Origin: a virus
Taxonomy: Duplodnaviria; Caudoviricetes
Strand: one strand, 5' to 3'
Length of the DNA stretch: 64,000 nt
Virus record (IMG/VR): IMGVR_UViG_3300034170_000057
Shown: piece by piece, positions 1 through 9,111 of the stretch
Position numbering within the stretch: position 1 is the first letter of the stretch
Layout: the number at the start of each line of letters is the position of its first letter
Program-made: the position numbers and the translations under genes
Notes under the pieces: generated by a model
Told to the model about the DNA's origin: nothing
What the model saw: only the letters and a program-made list of their open reading frames with translations
The model's database searches: none

Positions 1-2
1 TT

Positions 3-329
3 GATCAAAATCCAACGCTGCCACAACCCCCACTGGAAGCGACGTTCCACCTGAAATTCCACGATCACCCGGAACACGTGGAAATCGAAGTGTGCCAATT
101 TATTTTCACACGCTCGACCATACACGTTCCAAAGGCCAGCAACGATTTCGAAATCATCACGAGCGGACAACCGCCTGTGACCGGTGAAGACTCTGTAGAG
201 GCCCTACAGCACGCGCTGCAAAAGATAGGCTACATACGCACGCCAGAACAGGCATTGACCCGTATGTTCACCATGGCGAAGACCACAAAGACCAAATACC
301 CGCGCAAGGGCAAAGTTCGCCGCAAATAA
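3..329 (+). CDS. hypothetical protein, 5'-partial, basic C-terminus
   Basis: Frame is open from position 3 through the track ORF 78..329; ends KTKYPRKGKVRRK. Confidence 0.6.
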   Translation, partial: DQNPTLPQPPLEATFHLKFHDHPEHVEIEVCQFIFTRSTIHVPKASNDFEIITSGQPPVTGEDSVEALQHALQKIGYIRTPEQALTRMFTMAKTTKTKYPRKGKVRRK

Positions 330-342
330 AAGATACAACTTA

Positions 343-389
343 CCCCGCCCTGTGCGGGGTTTGTCGGTAGTGGCCTTTATCAAGGAATT
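343..389 (+). repeat. intergenic cassette copy 1: terminator-like hairpin plus cctttatcaaggaatt RBS
   Basis: cccgccctgtgcggg-gtttgtcggtagt...cctttatcaaggaatt; near-identical to 13375-13430. Confidence 0.75.
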
Positions 390-395
390 CAAAAC

Positions 396-890
396 ATGCT
401 TTATTTAACCGTGCTGTCTTCAGAAGTACCAACGCAGGCCGATATCTGGCCGCTCGTTGGGCAGTATCCAGACCTGTCCGAAAAGTTCCAAGCATTCATG
501 AATCCGGAAACTAGCCGGATTAAAGTGGACGTGCGTAGTTCTGCCGAGTTCGCAGATTTGAAACTGCGCCCGTATATGTTCGCGGTGCGGTTGACCGAGG
601 GCGGTGTTGAATTCGATTATGATCACCTGCCCATTATCGTGCTGTACAACAAGACTCCGGAACAGCACGATCTGGAACACACAAAGCAGCGCCTGCAATT
701 CCAACTGCCTGACATTTGGAAAGCGCTCGAATTTATTATGGATGCTGAATATTCCGATATGGAACAGCATGTCACTTCTACAGGTAACGGCCTGCTGATC
801 ATGCGCGACATTAACCGCGCAGAACTGCGTGACGCATTTGCACGCGGCAACCGTTCTAATTTCACCGTCGTCGAAGGATCTAAATCATGA
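396..890 (+). CDS. hypothetical protein
   Basis: AAGGA RBS, 164 aa, ATGA overlap with next gene. Confidence 0.8.
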   Translation: MLYLTVLSSEVPTQADIWPLVGQYPDLSEKFQAFMNPETSRIKVDVRSSAEFADLKLRPYMFAVRLTEGGVEFDYDHLPIIVLYNKTPEQHDLEHTKQRLQFQLPDIWKALEFIMDAEYSDMEQHVTSTGNGLLIMRDINRAELRDAFARGNRSNFTVVEGSKS

Positions 891-1444
891 GCATCGAAAA
901 CAAGAAGCTGATTAATTTGCTGGCACAGGCAATTCAGGATATCAACGCGCACGGTTCCGATGTGCTGGAAATTATCGACCGCCTGAATTGCGACATGCGC
1001 GACGTTGCGGATACCAGCGAGCCGATTCTTCCACGTCGCAAATACGACGAAGTGTGGAAAGCTCCCGAACTGGTGCCGATGGAATGTTTCTATGACCGGA
1101 ACGAATTCGAACGCGCAGTGCCAAGGGGCTACCGGCTGCGCGTGGCATTCCTCACAAATAAATCGTGGTGCGAAACCTACAGCATCGCAACGCAGGAACC
1201 GCACTACGTCGAAGCACCTGCGGGCAGCGGCGCAGAATACGTGGATGTGTTTTTTGAGCGCACCAATCGTAACTGCGACATTGCGAAGGCTTCCGCTTTC
1301 CACCGAGCGCTTAAAGATGCGTATATGCTGAAAACTATGAACAGCTTCGGTATCGGTTCTAGTGCGCCGTGCGAACACCTGCGCTTTACCGTTACGCACG
1401 ACAAATTCCGCGAAGATCAAATGATGGATCAGGATTCCGTATGA
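887..1444 (+). CDS. hypothetical protein
   Basis: 185 aa, coupled to neighbours by ATGA overlaps. Confidence 0.8.
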   Translation: MSIENKKLINLLAQAIQDINAHGSDVLEIIDRLNCDMRDVADTSEPILPRRKYDEVWKAPELVPMECFYDRNEFERAVPRGYRLRVAFLTNKSWCETYSIATQEPHYVEAPAGSGAEYVDVFFERTNRNCDIAKASAFHRALKDAYMLKTMNSFGIGSSAPCEHLRFTVTHDKFREDQMMDQDSV

Positions 1445-1665
1445 TGACCGACATTGAACCGATTTGGTGGCTGCGCATTTTCATGATTGCGCTTTTGTTA
1501 GGCATGGGGATTTTCGGCTGGTGCGAGATTTCCAAAGCGCGGACGATTAAGCGCTATTACGACAGCCGCCGTAAAGCATTCGACGCACAATTAGCAGCGG
1601 CCATTCTGACGGTCGCTGCGCACTCTAACGAAAAACCCAAGGAAGAGAAAAATTCTGATGAATGA
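1441..1665 (+). CDS. small membrane protein
   Basis: Start re-assigned to ATG 1441; hydrophobic WWLRIFMIALLLGMGIFGW. Confidence 0.7.
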   Translation: MMTDIEPIWWLRIFMIALLLGMGIFGWCEISKARTIKRYYDSRRKAFDAQLAAAILTVAAHSNEKPKEEKNSDE

Positions 1666-2044
1666 TGCACTGCCCTCAAAAATATTCGGCGCTCGCCTTT
1701 CGTGGACATTTGAAGGCGTGACCAAAACGCAAACCAATTGGTACTCCACCAATGAACAGGAGGCGCAAGCGTGCCTCTTAAAGGCGCAGGCAATTGCACC
1801 ACCGGCTAACTGCGCCATTGTGTGGGAAACGGTTTCTGACGACGTGCGTATTCTGTCACCGGGCATTTACATCACTGACAAAAAGCACCTAGTGGAAATC
1901 TACGAAGTGGGGCCTTTTGTTGTGCGTGGCTGTTTTCTGAAACCCAACCGCAAACACATGCAACACGAACAGTGCCAGTTCTACGCCAACGGCGCACCAA
2001 CAACCCACAAGAACTGGGGCAGTATCGCGGATCTTGTGGCGTAA
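1658..2044 (+). CDS. hypothetical protein
   Basis: 128 aa in the tandem + strand array. Confidence 0.75.
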   Translation: MNDALPSKIFGARLSWTFEGVTKTQTNWYSTNEQEAQACLLKAQAIAPPANCAIVWETVSDDVRILSPGIYITDKKHLVEIYEVGPFVVRGCFLKPNRKHMQHEQCQFYANGAPTTHKNWGSIADLVA

Positions 2045-2071
2045 CGAAATTTAAACCCCGAGGAATAAATA

Positions 2072-2503
2072 ATGACGCAGAAATTAACCCACTTCGTAAT
2101 TCCAGCAGGCCGCACGCTTCACGAGGTCGTTTGCAAAATCCCGCAACCGGATGGTGAAGAAACCGGCCACACATCGTGGGGCGACCGAGAATTCAACCAC
2201 CTATTTACAACTGTTGAGGGTGACGGTTCTGTAATCGTGGAATTGCTAGATCGGTTTTACATCGTTTCGCCTTCTACAGGTCGCCGTGGTTTCGGTGACA
2301 AGATTATGGACGCGAACGATGATCTGTTTACCGGGCTGCTGGAAACTGATCCGCTGTTCGATCAGGTCTGCAAAGCTGACAAATGGCTTTACACCGTTTC
2401 GGCAGACTTCACACCGGAACCAAAACCGGGCGGCGACTTGCACATTCGCCAGCTTTGCAAAATCAGCGTGCGTCGATATACGCCGTTGGTGGAAATGGAA
2501 TAA
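2072..2503 (+). CDS. hypothetical protein
   Basis: GAGGA RBS, 143 aa. Confidence 0.8.
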   Translation: MTQKLTHFVIPAGRTLHEVVCKIPQPDGEETGHTSWGDREFNHLFTTVEGDGSVIVELLDRFYIVSPSTGRRGFGDKIMDANDDLFTGLLETDPLFDQVCKADKWLYTVSADFTPEPKPGGDLHIRQLCKISVRRYTPLVEME

Positions 2504-2513
2504 GCGAAACCAG

Positions 2514-2545
2514 AAGCCGAGGCCAGTCCTCGGCTTTTCACTTTC
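2514..2545 (+). terminator. intrinsic terminator-like hairpin
   Basis: aagccgagg-ccagt-cctcggctt (9-bp stem) followed by ttcacttt. Confidence 0.65.
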
Positions 2546-2561
2546 TATAGGAGGTAAAACC

Positions 2562-2741
2562 ATGAGCCTGAACATTCTAGAGGTCGTGCAGTACACGTGT
2601 ATCGCGATTCTGGCTGTGGGCGTTCCTGTGGAGCTTTGGCGCCGCTACAAAGGCCCGAGCCCATATGAACAGGCGGTGCAGGAACTGGAACAGAAGCTGA
2701 AAGCAAAACCGGAACCGGAAGGCGAAAGCAAAAGTAGTTGA
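2562..2741 (+). CDS. small membrane protein with coiled tail
   Basis: AGGAGG RBS, ATG 2562, TM segment YTCIAILAVGVPVELW. Confidence 0.75.
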   Translation: MSLNILEVVQYTCIAILAVGVPVELWRRYKGPSPYEQAVQELEQKLKAKPEPEGESKSS

Positions 2742-2824
2742 CACCGGAACACGGTTTTGCGATTCTTTGGTGGCGGGCAAACTGTGCCTGCTATTTAGAC
2801 ACTCACGCAATTAGGGAAGTTAAG
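2738..2824 (+). promoter_or_regulatory. sigma70-like promoter plus conserved leader (copy 1)
   Basis: TTGACA(2738)-N17-GATTCT with TG extension; hairpin 2773-2791; CACTCAC 2800; GGAAGTT 2815. Confidence 0.7.
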
Positions 2825-3172
2825 ATGAGCCGGATGCAATTCACACCTATCGAAAGCTGGGCCGTTCCAAAGTTCGCTGGCACGCTTTCGTTCTTCGAAA
2901 CCATCGCCGTGTCGGAATTGGAAAACAAGGAAATCCGTCTCGACGCAGAAACACAACGCGCCCTTATCGGTTTCCCGGTTTTCGGCAAGCAAGCGTTTCG
3001 TGTGAATAGCGACGGCGGGATCACCGTTCGCAAATCGGTTGCGTTCGGGCAGGATTCAGAAGAATGCACGTACACGCCCCGCGAATTGGATTATGCGCGC
3101 CTGAATAATCTTAAACTGGTTCCACTTACAACTGGCCCCGGTATTTTTGCCGGTCTGCCAAAGGAGGACTAA
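2825..3172 (+). CDS. hypothetical protein
   Basis: Start moved to ATG 2825, after the leader RBS. Confidence 0.8.
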   Translation: MSRMQFTPIESWAVPKFAGTLSFFETIAVSELENKEIRLDAETQRALIGFPVFGKQAFRVNSDGGITVRKSVAFGQDSEECTYTPRELDYARLNNLKLVPLTTGPGIFAGLPKED

Positions 3173-3453
3173 TGTACGATCTAGCGGTGTTGGCTGCCTA
3201 TAGCGTTTTGGTCGTGGTAGCTTTCTACGTCGTGCTGGGAATTATCTTCGCGGCGTTTATGACCTACTACGTCACACAAACGCATGTGGTGGATGCTAAA
3301 AGCGCCATCATCTATACGCGCATTAAGGAAATGCCGTGGCGCTGGAAAATCATCGTCAGCGTGGGCGTGTGGCTTTATCTGATATTCCTGTGGCTGCCTT
3401 TAATCCTCGATTGGAAAGTGCCGCCGATTCCACCACTTGATGGGAGCAAATGA
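3172..3453 (+). CDS. membrane protein (2 TM)
   Basis: GGAGGA RBS; two long hydrophobic segments. Confidence 0.75.
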   Translation: MYDLAVLAAYSVLVVVAFYVVLGIIFAAFMTYYVTQTHVVDAKSAIIYTRIKEMPWRWKIIVSVGVWLYLIFLWLPLILDWKVPPIPPLDGSK

Positions 3454-3454
3454 C

Positions 3455-3856
3455 ATGCCTGCATTCCCGCAAAAATTGATCCTGTCGAGTTACCAACGCG
3501 ACGTGATTATGCACCGCCTAGAGCATTTGTCGGGCCTGCATACTTTCGACGTGGCGGAACTGTTTGAAGACCTCGACCGAAAACAGCAGCTGGATTCTGT
3601 GCGCGTGGTTGACGCCATCGAACATCTGCACACGTTTTTCAATTCGCATAAAGGCCCGTTGGTTTCTGTGCAACTTGAAAACGAGGAACAGGCCGAAGTT
3701 CTGGCCGAGTGCTTTGAAGGCTCGACTTACTTCGCCACGCATATAAAGGGAGACGGTGTTTATCGCCATGCCGCAAAATCGGCTGCTGAACTTCTGGCAA
3801 CGGTTTTAGATCGTGACGTGATGGCCCACATTGATCCTATCCCGCTGCACGGATAA
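3455..3856 (+). CDS. hypothetical protein
   Basis: GGGAG RBS before ATG 3455; track ORF 3437..3856. Confidence 0.75.
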   Translation: MPAFPQKLILSSYQRDVIMHRLEHLSGLHTFDVAELFEDLDRKQQLDSVRVVDAIEHLHTFFNSHKGPLVSVQLENEEQAEVLAECFEGSTYFATHIKGDGVYRHAAKSAAELLATVLDRDVMAHIDPIPLHG

Positions 3857-3932
3857 ACCCTTATGCGCATCTAGAATGGTGCGCATGCAGGTTGTACCGA
3901 AACCCCGAAACCTCACGTAAGGAGATTTACCG

Positions 3933-4205
3933 ATGGCACGCAAAACAGAAGCGGCCAATCTTGAAATCGCATCCCCCGAAAATCTGAACCCTGCACTTTC
4001 CCATTTCATCGTCGTGGATTACGGGGATTGGGGTTTCGGTTCCACGGTTCGGGAAGCGCTGGAAAAGATTCCGGGCGGAAACCGTTCCCGGCTGCAAAAG
4101 CATATGCAGGTATGGCACGTAACCCCGGAAACACGGCTCGGCGCGGATGGTCGGTTTTTTGGTCACGGGCAAAACTACCCGGTCCTAAACGAAAGCCACC
4201 GCTGA
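3933..4205 (+). CDS. hypothetical protein
   Basis: AAGGAG RBS preceded by cctcac; 90 aa. Confidence 0.75.
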   Translation: MARKTEAANLEIASPENLNPALSHFIVVDYGDWGFGSTVREALEKIPGGNRSRLQKHMQVWHVTPETRLGADGRFFGHGQNYPVLNESHR

Positions 4206-4211
4206 AACATG

Positions 4212-4303
4212 TTGACACCCCAGCGCCTGTAATGGCATTCTGAAATCCAATCGGCAACAACGCCGACGCAGTATCACACTCACACTTTATAGGAAGTTAA
4301 AAC
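4212..4303 (+). promoter_or_regulatory. sigma70-like promoter plus conserved leader (copy 2)
   Basis: TTGACA(4212)-N18-CATTCT with TG extension; hairpin tcggc/gccga 4251-4266; CACTCAC 4277; GGAAGTT 4292. Confidence 0.7.
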
Positions 4304-5836
4304 ATGACCACTACTACCCACACTCAAGCTGCTCTGTTGGTTGCTGCCGTTACCGCCCTGAACAAACAAATTTCCGTTTCCAAAAAAGGCGGCGTGGAAG
4401 TTCCAAGTATCGGCGCCGAAGTTGTACCGGGTATCAAACTGCGCGACCTGAAAAACTGGCTGAAGGACTTCACCGCCAAACAAGCCGACGCTTCGAAACC
4501 TGCCCCTGTTGCAAAAGCGGCCCCTGCTGTAAAAACCCCGGCTGCTGCAAAAACTGCCCCGGTCGCTGTAGAACTGAAATCGAGCGAAATTCGTGAAGCG
4601 GGCGTGGTTCTGCTGGGCCGTGCAAAAGAAACCGTGAAGCGCATCACCAAAGTGGGCGAAGAGCGTTTCGTGATTACCGAAAACGGTCTGCGTATCTCGG
4701 TTGCGCATCTGGAACGCAACAACCGTGGCAATATCCGCGTGATCGAATCCGAGGTCGCCGCGTATCTGGCCGAAAAAGCACCTGCTGCAAAAACACCTGC
4801 TGCTGCTGCTGCAAAACCTGCTGCAAAAACTGCCGAGCAAATCGCCAAGGCAGGCACCCGTAAGGCTTCCACTGTTGAACAGGAAGAGTTGCCAGAAGAA
4901 GCACCAGCCGCTACCGGTGGCCGCGTGTACCCGATTCGCGCTCTGACCCTCAAACCGGGCGCCCTGCTGGTAAGCGCTGAATACGACCGCAACACAAGCA
5001 CCCTGTATGCCACTCTCAAAGACGGCGCAGTATGGGCATATGAAGGCGTGAAACTGAGTGAAGTTCGTGCGCTCGAAAACGCCTCGATCCCGAGCAAACA
5101 TTTCTCGGCTCACGTTGCGAACAGCAAGAAAGGCCACATGGTCAAAAACCACAAGCCTGTGCCTGCCGCTGCTGAAAAAGCCCCGGTGAAAACCGCCGCT
5201 GCAAAACCTGCTGCAAAAACTACTGCCGCTAAACCAGCGTCGGCACCTGCTCCACAAGTGGCTGAAATCAGCACCACTGCACTGCGCGCAAATGGCTTCT
5301 TGGATGGTCGCAAGCACGAAACCGTTGCCAGCATTAACCGCGTCAAAGAAACCGGCCAGCGTATCGTGGTGACTGCAAGCGGTAAGCGTATTCCGCTGGA
5401 TTCGATCATTCTGGTAAAAGGCAAGTTCCGCGTTTCCGACCTTGCTTTGATCAGCGGCGCAGTTAATCCGGCCAAAGGCAAAACCGCTGCATCTGCCCCG
5501 GCACCGGCTCCAAAGGGTACTGAAAACACCCGCAAAGAGTTGAACGGCAAGGCTGCAAAACTGAACTTTGCTGCTGCCGAAAAAGCCCCGGTGAAAACCC
5601 CGGCCAAAGTGGTTTCGGAAAAGCCAAGCCGCACACAAGTTAAAGAGGCGTGCGTGCGTGTGATCAAGGGCAACAAGGAAAAACTGGTTAGCGTGATTCG
5701 TATCGTTAACCGTGACGATGTACTGGTGGCCGTGACTGAAAACAAAGGCGTGCTGCCGTATAACCTGATTATGTCGTTTGACGGTCAACCGACCTACACC
5801 GGCAAAATCACCGCCGAAGAATTCCGCGCTCTGTAA
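4304..5836 (+). CDS. KTSC-domain protein with K/A/P-rich histone-H1/AlgP-like linkers and three internal repeats
   Basis: LVSAEYDRNTSTLYATLKDGAVWAYEGV...LENASIPSKHF matches the KTSC pattern (~4960-5125); AAKPAAK linkers; strongly biased codons. Confidence 0.75.
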   Translation: MTTTTHTQAALLVAAVTALNKQISVSKKGGVEVPSIGAEVVPGIKLRDLKNWLKDFTAKQADASKPAPVAKAAPAVKTPAAAKTAPVAVELKSSEIREAGVVLLGRAKETVKRITKVGEERFVITENGLRISVAHLERNNRGNIRVIESEVAAYLAEKAPAAKTPAAAAAKPAAKTAEQIAKAGTRKASTVEQEELPEEAPAATGGRVYPIRALTLKPGALLVSAEYDRNTSTLYATLKDGAVWAYEGVKLSEVRALENASIPSKHFSAHVANSKKGHMVKNHKPVPAAAEKAPVKTAAAKPAAKTTAAKPASAPAPQVAEISTTALRANGFLDGRKHETVASINRVKETGQRIVVTASGKRIPLDSIILVKGKFRVSDLALISGAVNPAKGKTAASAPAPAPKGTENTRKELNGKAAKLNFAAAEKAPVKTPAKVVSEKPSRTQVKEACVRVIKGNKEKLVSVIRIVNRDDVLVAVTENKGVLPYNLIMSFDGQPTYTGKITAEEFRAL

Positions 5837-5857
5837 CTAGGGCGCTTCCTAGAAACA

Positions 5858-5891
5858 CCCCCGGCGCGTAAATGCAAAGGGGGTTATTTTT
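5858..5891 (+). terminator. terminator-like hairpin
   Basis: ccccc...ggggg followed by ttattttt, just after the KTSC gene. Confidence 0.5.
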
Positions 5892-5933
5892 CGCCTTCGT
5901 TTTTCCATCACAAATGCTAAGGAGGGTATTAGC

Positions 5934-6563
5934 ATGGAATATCTACTGTTCACGGTTGGATTGCTTGGTATCGCGCTATGCCTTGCGGCGCTGTGCCGGT
6001 TAACATTTGGCACGCGGGATGCGGGTAAGCTGGAAATCACCACCACCGAAATTAAACCAGACCAGATTAACGCCTCGGACTATAAAGAGCCGGGTAGTTT
6101 CTGGAGTGGTGCAAAACCTGTTGCTCCAATGCGCGATATTCCGTTCACACGTGAAGAGCGCGAACAGGCACGGGCCAAGGCCAACGCCGAGGCCAACGAA
6201 TCGCAAAACGTGCCCAATCCGGAAACTGTAAATTTGGAGAAGCCTAAACCGAAATTCGATTACCCGAACTTCGAAGGCTTTCCTTTTGACGGGGATACAT
6301 ACGACGAATTCAATTTGTCTATGATGACGCACGGCTTTGTCATTCGCTTTATTATGGCTAGCCACGAAGTGCAGGTAATCTATACGCCGCCTAAATCGCG
6401 GAACCCTATGGAGGCCCTGCGTCGTTTTTATTCTCCACCGAAAGCTATTTTCCCGCTGAACCTGCTACACGATGAAGGCCGTATGCGCACCGCGTTGTGG
6501 GCCATGCGTAAATTGAAATCCGATGAACGCCCACCAGAACTGGATGCGTTCGCGTACTTGTGA
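5934..6563 (+). CDS. N-terminally anchored membrane protein
   Basis: AAGGAGGG RBS; TM segment YLLFTVGLLGIALCLAAL. Confidence 0.8.
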   Translation: MEYLLFTVGLLGIALCLAALCRLTFGTRDAGKLEITTTEIKPDQINASDYKEPGSFWSGAKPVAPMRDIPFTREEREQARAKANAEANESQNVPNPETVNLEKPKPKFDYPNFEGFPFDGDTYDEFNLSMMTHGFVIRFIMASHEVQVIYTPPKSRNPMEALRRFYSPPKAIFPLNLLHDEGRMRTALWAMRKLKSDERPPELDAFAYL

Positions 6564-6571
6564 GGCCCCGC

Positions 6572-7069
6572 ATGATTTCCGAAAACGCAAAAGGCATTTG
6601 GCTGACAACCCAACCGGGCAAGCCTTACCCTGTGCGCGTGAATATCAGTCGTCGCGAAGTTGAATATGACCAGCGACGTACTGATCACGACTGCAATGAA
6701 GAGTTCGACCTTCACATAACTTTGAAGGACGATAAAAATAATCGGTCGTTTGCCACCGTGGTTATTTCCGGTGGTGGCCTTATGGCCGCGTTGGGGAATC
6801 GCGCAGAAATCCGGGCCAGTCTAATTTTCGAAGACAGCGCCGAATTACTCGGCCTGTTGAAAGAAACCAAAGAGGTCTGGATTAAGGCGCAACCCAAACT
6901 CAATTACAACGACGAACCCAAACTGAAAAAGGCGTGGACGCACGAAGGCTGGATGTACTCCGGTGGCTATAATGATCACCGTCGCAGTGAGAAACGCGCA
7001 GATGGCGAATACTACCGGTGCGAACTTGTGCGCTACGTCAAAGCCGAATCCGAGGATGAACAGGAATGA
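6572..7069 (+). CDS. hypothetical protein
   Basis: GAGG RBS before ATG 6572 (track start 6560). Confidence 0.75.
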   Translation: MISENAKGIWLTTQPGKPYPVRVNISRREVEYDQRRTDHDCNEEFDLHITLKDDKNNRSFATVVISGGGLMAALGNRAEIRASLIFEDSAELLGLLKETKEVWIKAQPKLNYNDEPKLKKAWTHEGWMYSGGYNDHRRSEKRADGEYYRCELVRYVKAESEDEQE

Positions 7070-7587
7070 AAACCACTGCATGGAACGAAGCGCACGAATT
7101 AAATTTCCAGTCGCTGCAAGACCTGTTCAAGACTACCCGCGAGACGCTTGAATTTATGAAAGCGGCCAAAGAGCGTGAAATCTCGCCGGAAGAATTGTCG
7201 CGCCGTATCGGCGTTGAGAAAATCCGCCAAGACAAAATCATGGCGCGGCTGTGTGACTACGTTAAACGCAACGGCGGGCGCTACACGGTCGGCAAGTTGG
7301 AAAACGGTTCCATGGGCCACACCACTTATAATTGGACGCTGATTTTGCATCTGGTCGGCGGGCACAAATTGGAATTCCAGTTTGCGCGCTGTTATGAGCC
7401 GGAAGTTTTCGACGTGCCACTTTCGCACCAGTGGTATTTCCGCCCAAAAGGCCGTCGCGCATATTTCATTATGCAAGACCAAGGCTATAACGATTGTGAA
7501 TCGGTTCCTGAATTGACCCGCTACGTTAAGCAGGCCCTGAAATGGGCGTCTGACGAAATGGGCACCAAAATCGAAATTAAGAAATAA
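7066..7587 (+). CDS. hypothetical protein
   Basis: 173 aa, ATGA overlap. Confidence 0.8.
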   Translation: MKTTAWNEAHELNFQSLQDLFKTTRETLEFMKAAKEREISPEELSRRIGVEKIRQDKIMARLCDYVKRNGGRYTVGKLENGSMGHTTYNWTLILHLVGGHKLEFQFARCYEPEVFDVPLSHQWYFRPKGRRAYFIMQDQGYNDCESVPELTRYVKQALKWASDEMGTKIEIKK

Positions 7588-7596
7588 GGACATACC

Positions 7597-7977
7597 ATGC
7601 TTACGCTGATGTTAAAATTGTGTTTGGCAGGGCAGCCGTGCAAAGAAGTCCGGATCGCGGATTTCTACTCGGCGCAGGCTTCTTACATGTGCAGCCTCAA
7701 CCGTGGCGGAATGGCCGAGCAATCCAAAAAGGAAGGGCGCACCGGCACATTCGAATGCAAACCGGGTTTAGGGCCTAGCACGCTCAAATCCTCGGCTGTG
7801 TTGAATTTCAAAGTCTGCACCGCCGACAAGACATGCGAGACTTTCCCCCTTGCGGATTTCTACGGCAAGGAAATGGCGGTCCCGATGTGTACCAAGAACG
7901 TGGAATATATGCAGCCCGGTTTTATACAGGCTGCAAAAGAAACAGGGGCCACTGTAGAACTCAACTGCCAATCGTAA
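7597..7977 (+). CDS. Cys-rich protein with internal duplication (ADFY motif twice)
   Basis: LCLAGQPCKEVRIADFY...MC versus VCTADKTCETFPLADFY...MC. Confidence 0.8.
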   Translation: MLTLMLKLCLAGQPCKEVRIADFYSAQASYMCSLNRGGMAEQSKKEGRTGTFECKPGLGPSTLKSSAVLNFKVCTADKTCETFPLADFYGKEMAVPMCTKNVEYMQPGFIQAAKETGATVELNCQS

Positions 7978-7987
7978 GGGGGCGCAG

Positions 7988-8293
7988 ATGAATCCCGAGT
8001 TATGCGTGATGCTTGCGGTTGCCGTTGGCGCCGCTGTGATGCTGATTTCGATTCTGTGTCTTGTGTGCCTACTTACATCGGTGCGTAGAAAGTTATGGCA
8101 CACCGAGCTAAACAATCGTGCGTGGCAAAATGAAAACCAGATACTGCGCCGCCAGATAGAAGAGGATCGGAACGCGGATCGCGCCCGCCGTGGTGATCAC
8201 GGGAAGGTTTACGAGGGCAGCTATAGAGAGTTGCGCAAGTGCAGGAAGACCGGGCGCTGGTCCACCGTCCGGGAAGTGGAAGTGAATCCGTAA
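7988..8293 (+). CDS. membrane-anchored coiled-coil protein
   Basis: Long N-terminal TM, then charged helix. Confidence 0.75.
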   Translation: MNPELCVMLAVAVGAAVMLISILCLVCLLTSVRRKLWHTELNNRAWQNENQILRRQIEEDRNADRARRGDHGKVYEGSYRELRKCRKTGRWSTVREVEVNP

Positions 8294-8300
8294 CCAACAC

Positions 8301-8340
8301 CAAAGGCTCCCCAGTTCACGCTGGCGGGGCCTTTGTCGTT
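8301..8340 (+). terminator. terminator-like hairpin
   Basis: caaaggc...gcctttg arms followed by tcgtttct. Confidence 0.45.
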
Positions 8341-8414
8341 TCTGGCGTGCGTTGGCCGCTCTCTATACGCGGGCGCGGGCCTGTACGCTTTCTAGGGCCT
8401 GCAATAGAAAGCGC

Positions 8415-8507
8415 TTGACGGATAGAGGGGGCTTTGATACCTTTGGCCTCAATCGGGCTTCTGCTGCCCGCAGAAAAGCCCCTCACGGAATAAAGGAAGT
8501 TTGAATC
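8415..8507 (+). promoter_or_regulatory. sigma70-like promoter plus conserved leader (copy 3)
   Basis: TTGACG(8415)-N17-TACCTT with TG extension; hairpin cgggc/gcccg 8454-8470; CCCTCAC 8480; GGAAGTT 8495. Confidence 0.7.
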
Positions 8508-8648
8508 ATGGCCTACGCAACGACCGCCAAACGCAAAACGGAAACCAAGACCGCCACGTGGAAATGGGATTCGCAGATTCGCATGGAACAGGAAGCCCGT
8601 GAAAAGCAAGTTAGTGACGCCGCTCGCCGCTTTCGCAAATCCATCTAA
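8508..8648 (+). CDS. 46-aa basic peptide (not in ORF track)
   Basis: Read by hand: MAYATTAKRKTETKTATWKWDSQIRMEQEAREKQVSDAARRFRKSI, directly after the conserved leader. Confidence 0.7.
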   Translation: MAYATTAKRKTETKTATWKWDSQIRMEQEAREKQVSDAARRFRKSI

Positions 8649-8673
8649 CCCCAACCCATTAAGGAACACCAAA

Positions 8674-8904
8674 ATGAAACGCGTCTACGAAATCCGCCTC
8701 ACCGCAACATTCACCAACACCGAAACCGGCACTACCATGAGCAAGGGCATTAACTACCCGCTGGTAGAAGAAACCGCCGACGCTGCAATTGCCAAGGCAC
8801 AAACGGCGGAACGTATCGGCATGATTGTCGCCACGTACATTCCCCAGCAGCACCAGCGCAAAGTCACCTGCACCGTCTCCAACATCACCGCCAACGCTAA
8901 ATAA
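8674..8904 (+). CDS. hypothetical protein
   Basis: AAGGA RBS, ATG 8674, highly biased codons. Confidence 0.8.
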   Translation: MKRVYEIRLTATFTNTETGTTMSKGINYPLVEETADAAIAKAQTAERIGMIVATYIPQQHQRKVTCTVSNITANAK

Positions 8905-8916
8905 GGAGTATCGAAA

Positions 8917-9060
8917 ATGGAATACGCAACCACCGCAATGGGCCACGTAAAAGAAATCGCCGTCCTGATCGCGTTCGGCTCCGCACTCGGCGCATTCGCC
9001 TACTTCGAACTACGCAAGAAACGCAACGCGCCTAAACCGCGTGGCGCTACCAAAATCTAA
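8917..9060 (+). CDS. 47-aa single-TM peptide (not in ORF track)
   Basis: AAGGAG RBS; MEYATTAMGHVKEIAVLIAFGSALGAFAYFELRKKRNAPKPRGATKI. Confidence 0.75.
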   Translation: MEYATTAMGHVKEIAVLIAFGSALGAFAYFELRKKRNAPKPRGATKI

Positions 9061-9111
9061 AACGCTGTACCCGCCACACAAACCACTCTCCTGACTGTAA
9101 AGGATTCTAAA

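Noticed and set aside
2800-2806. CACTCAC as a mimic of the 16S anti-SD sequence (CACCUCC)
   Set aside because: The match is only partial and it does not pair consistently with the downstream GGAAGT; kept only as an unexplained box.
4280-5788. 502-aa minus-strand ORF, plus other long minus ORFs (623-1420, 13421-14200, 25562-26917, 36980-38032, 58658-59410)
   Set aside because: They are antisense shadows of biased + strand genes, have no RBS or promoter context, and give low-complexity or implausible translations.
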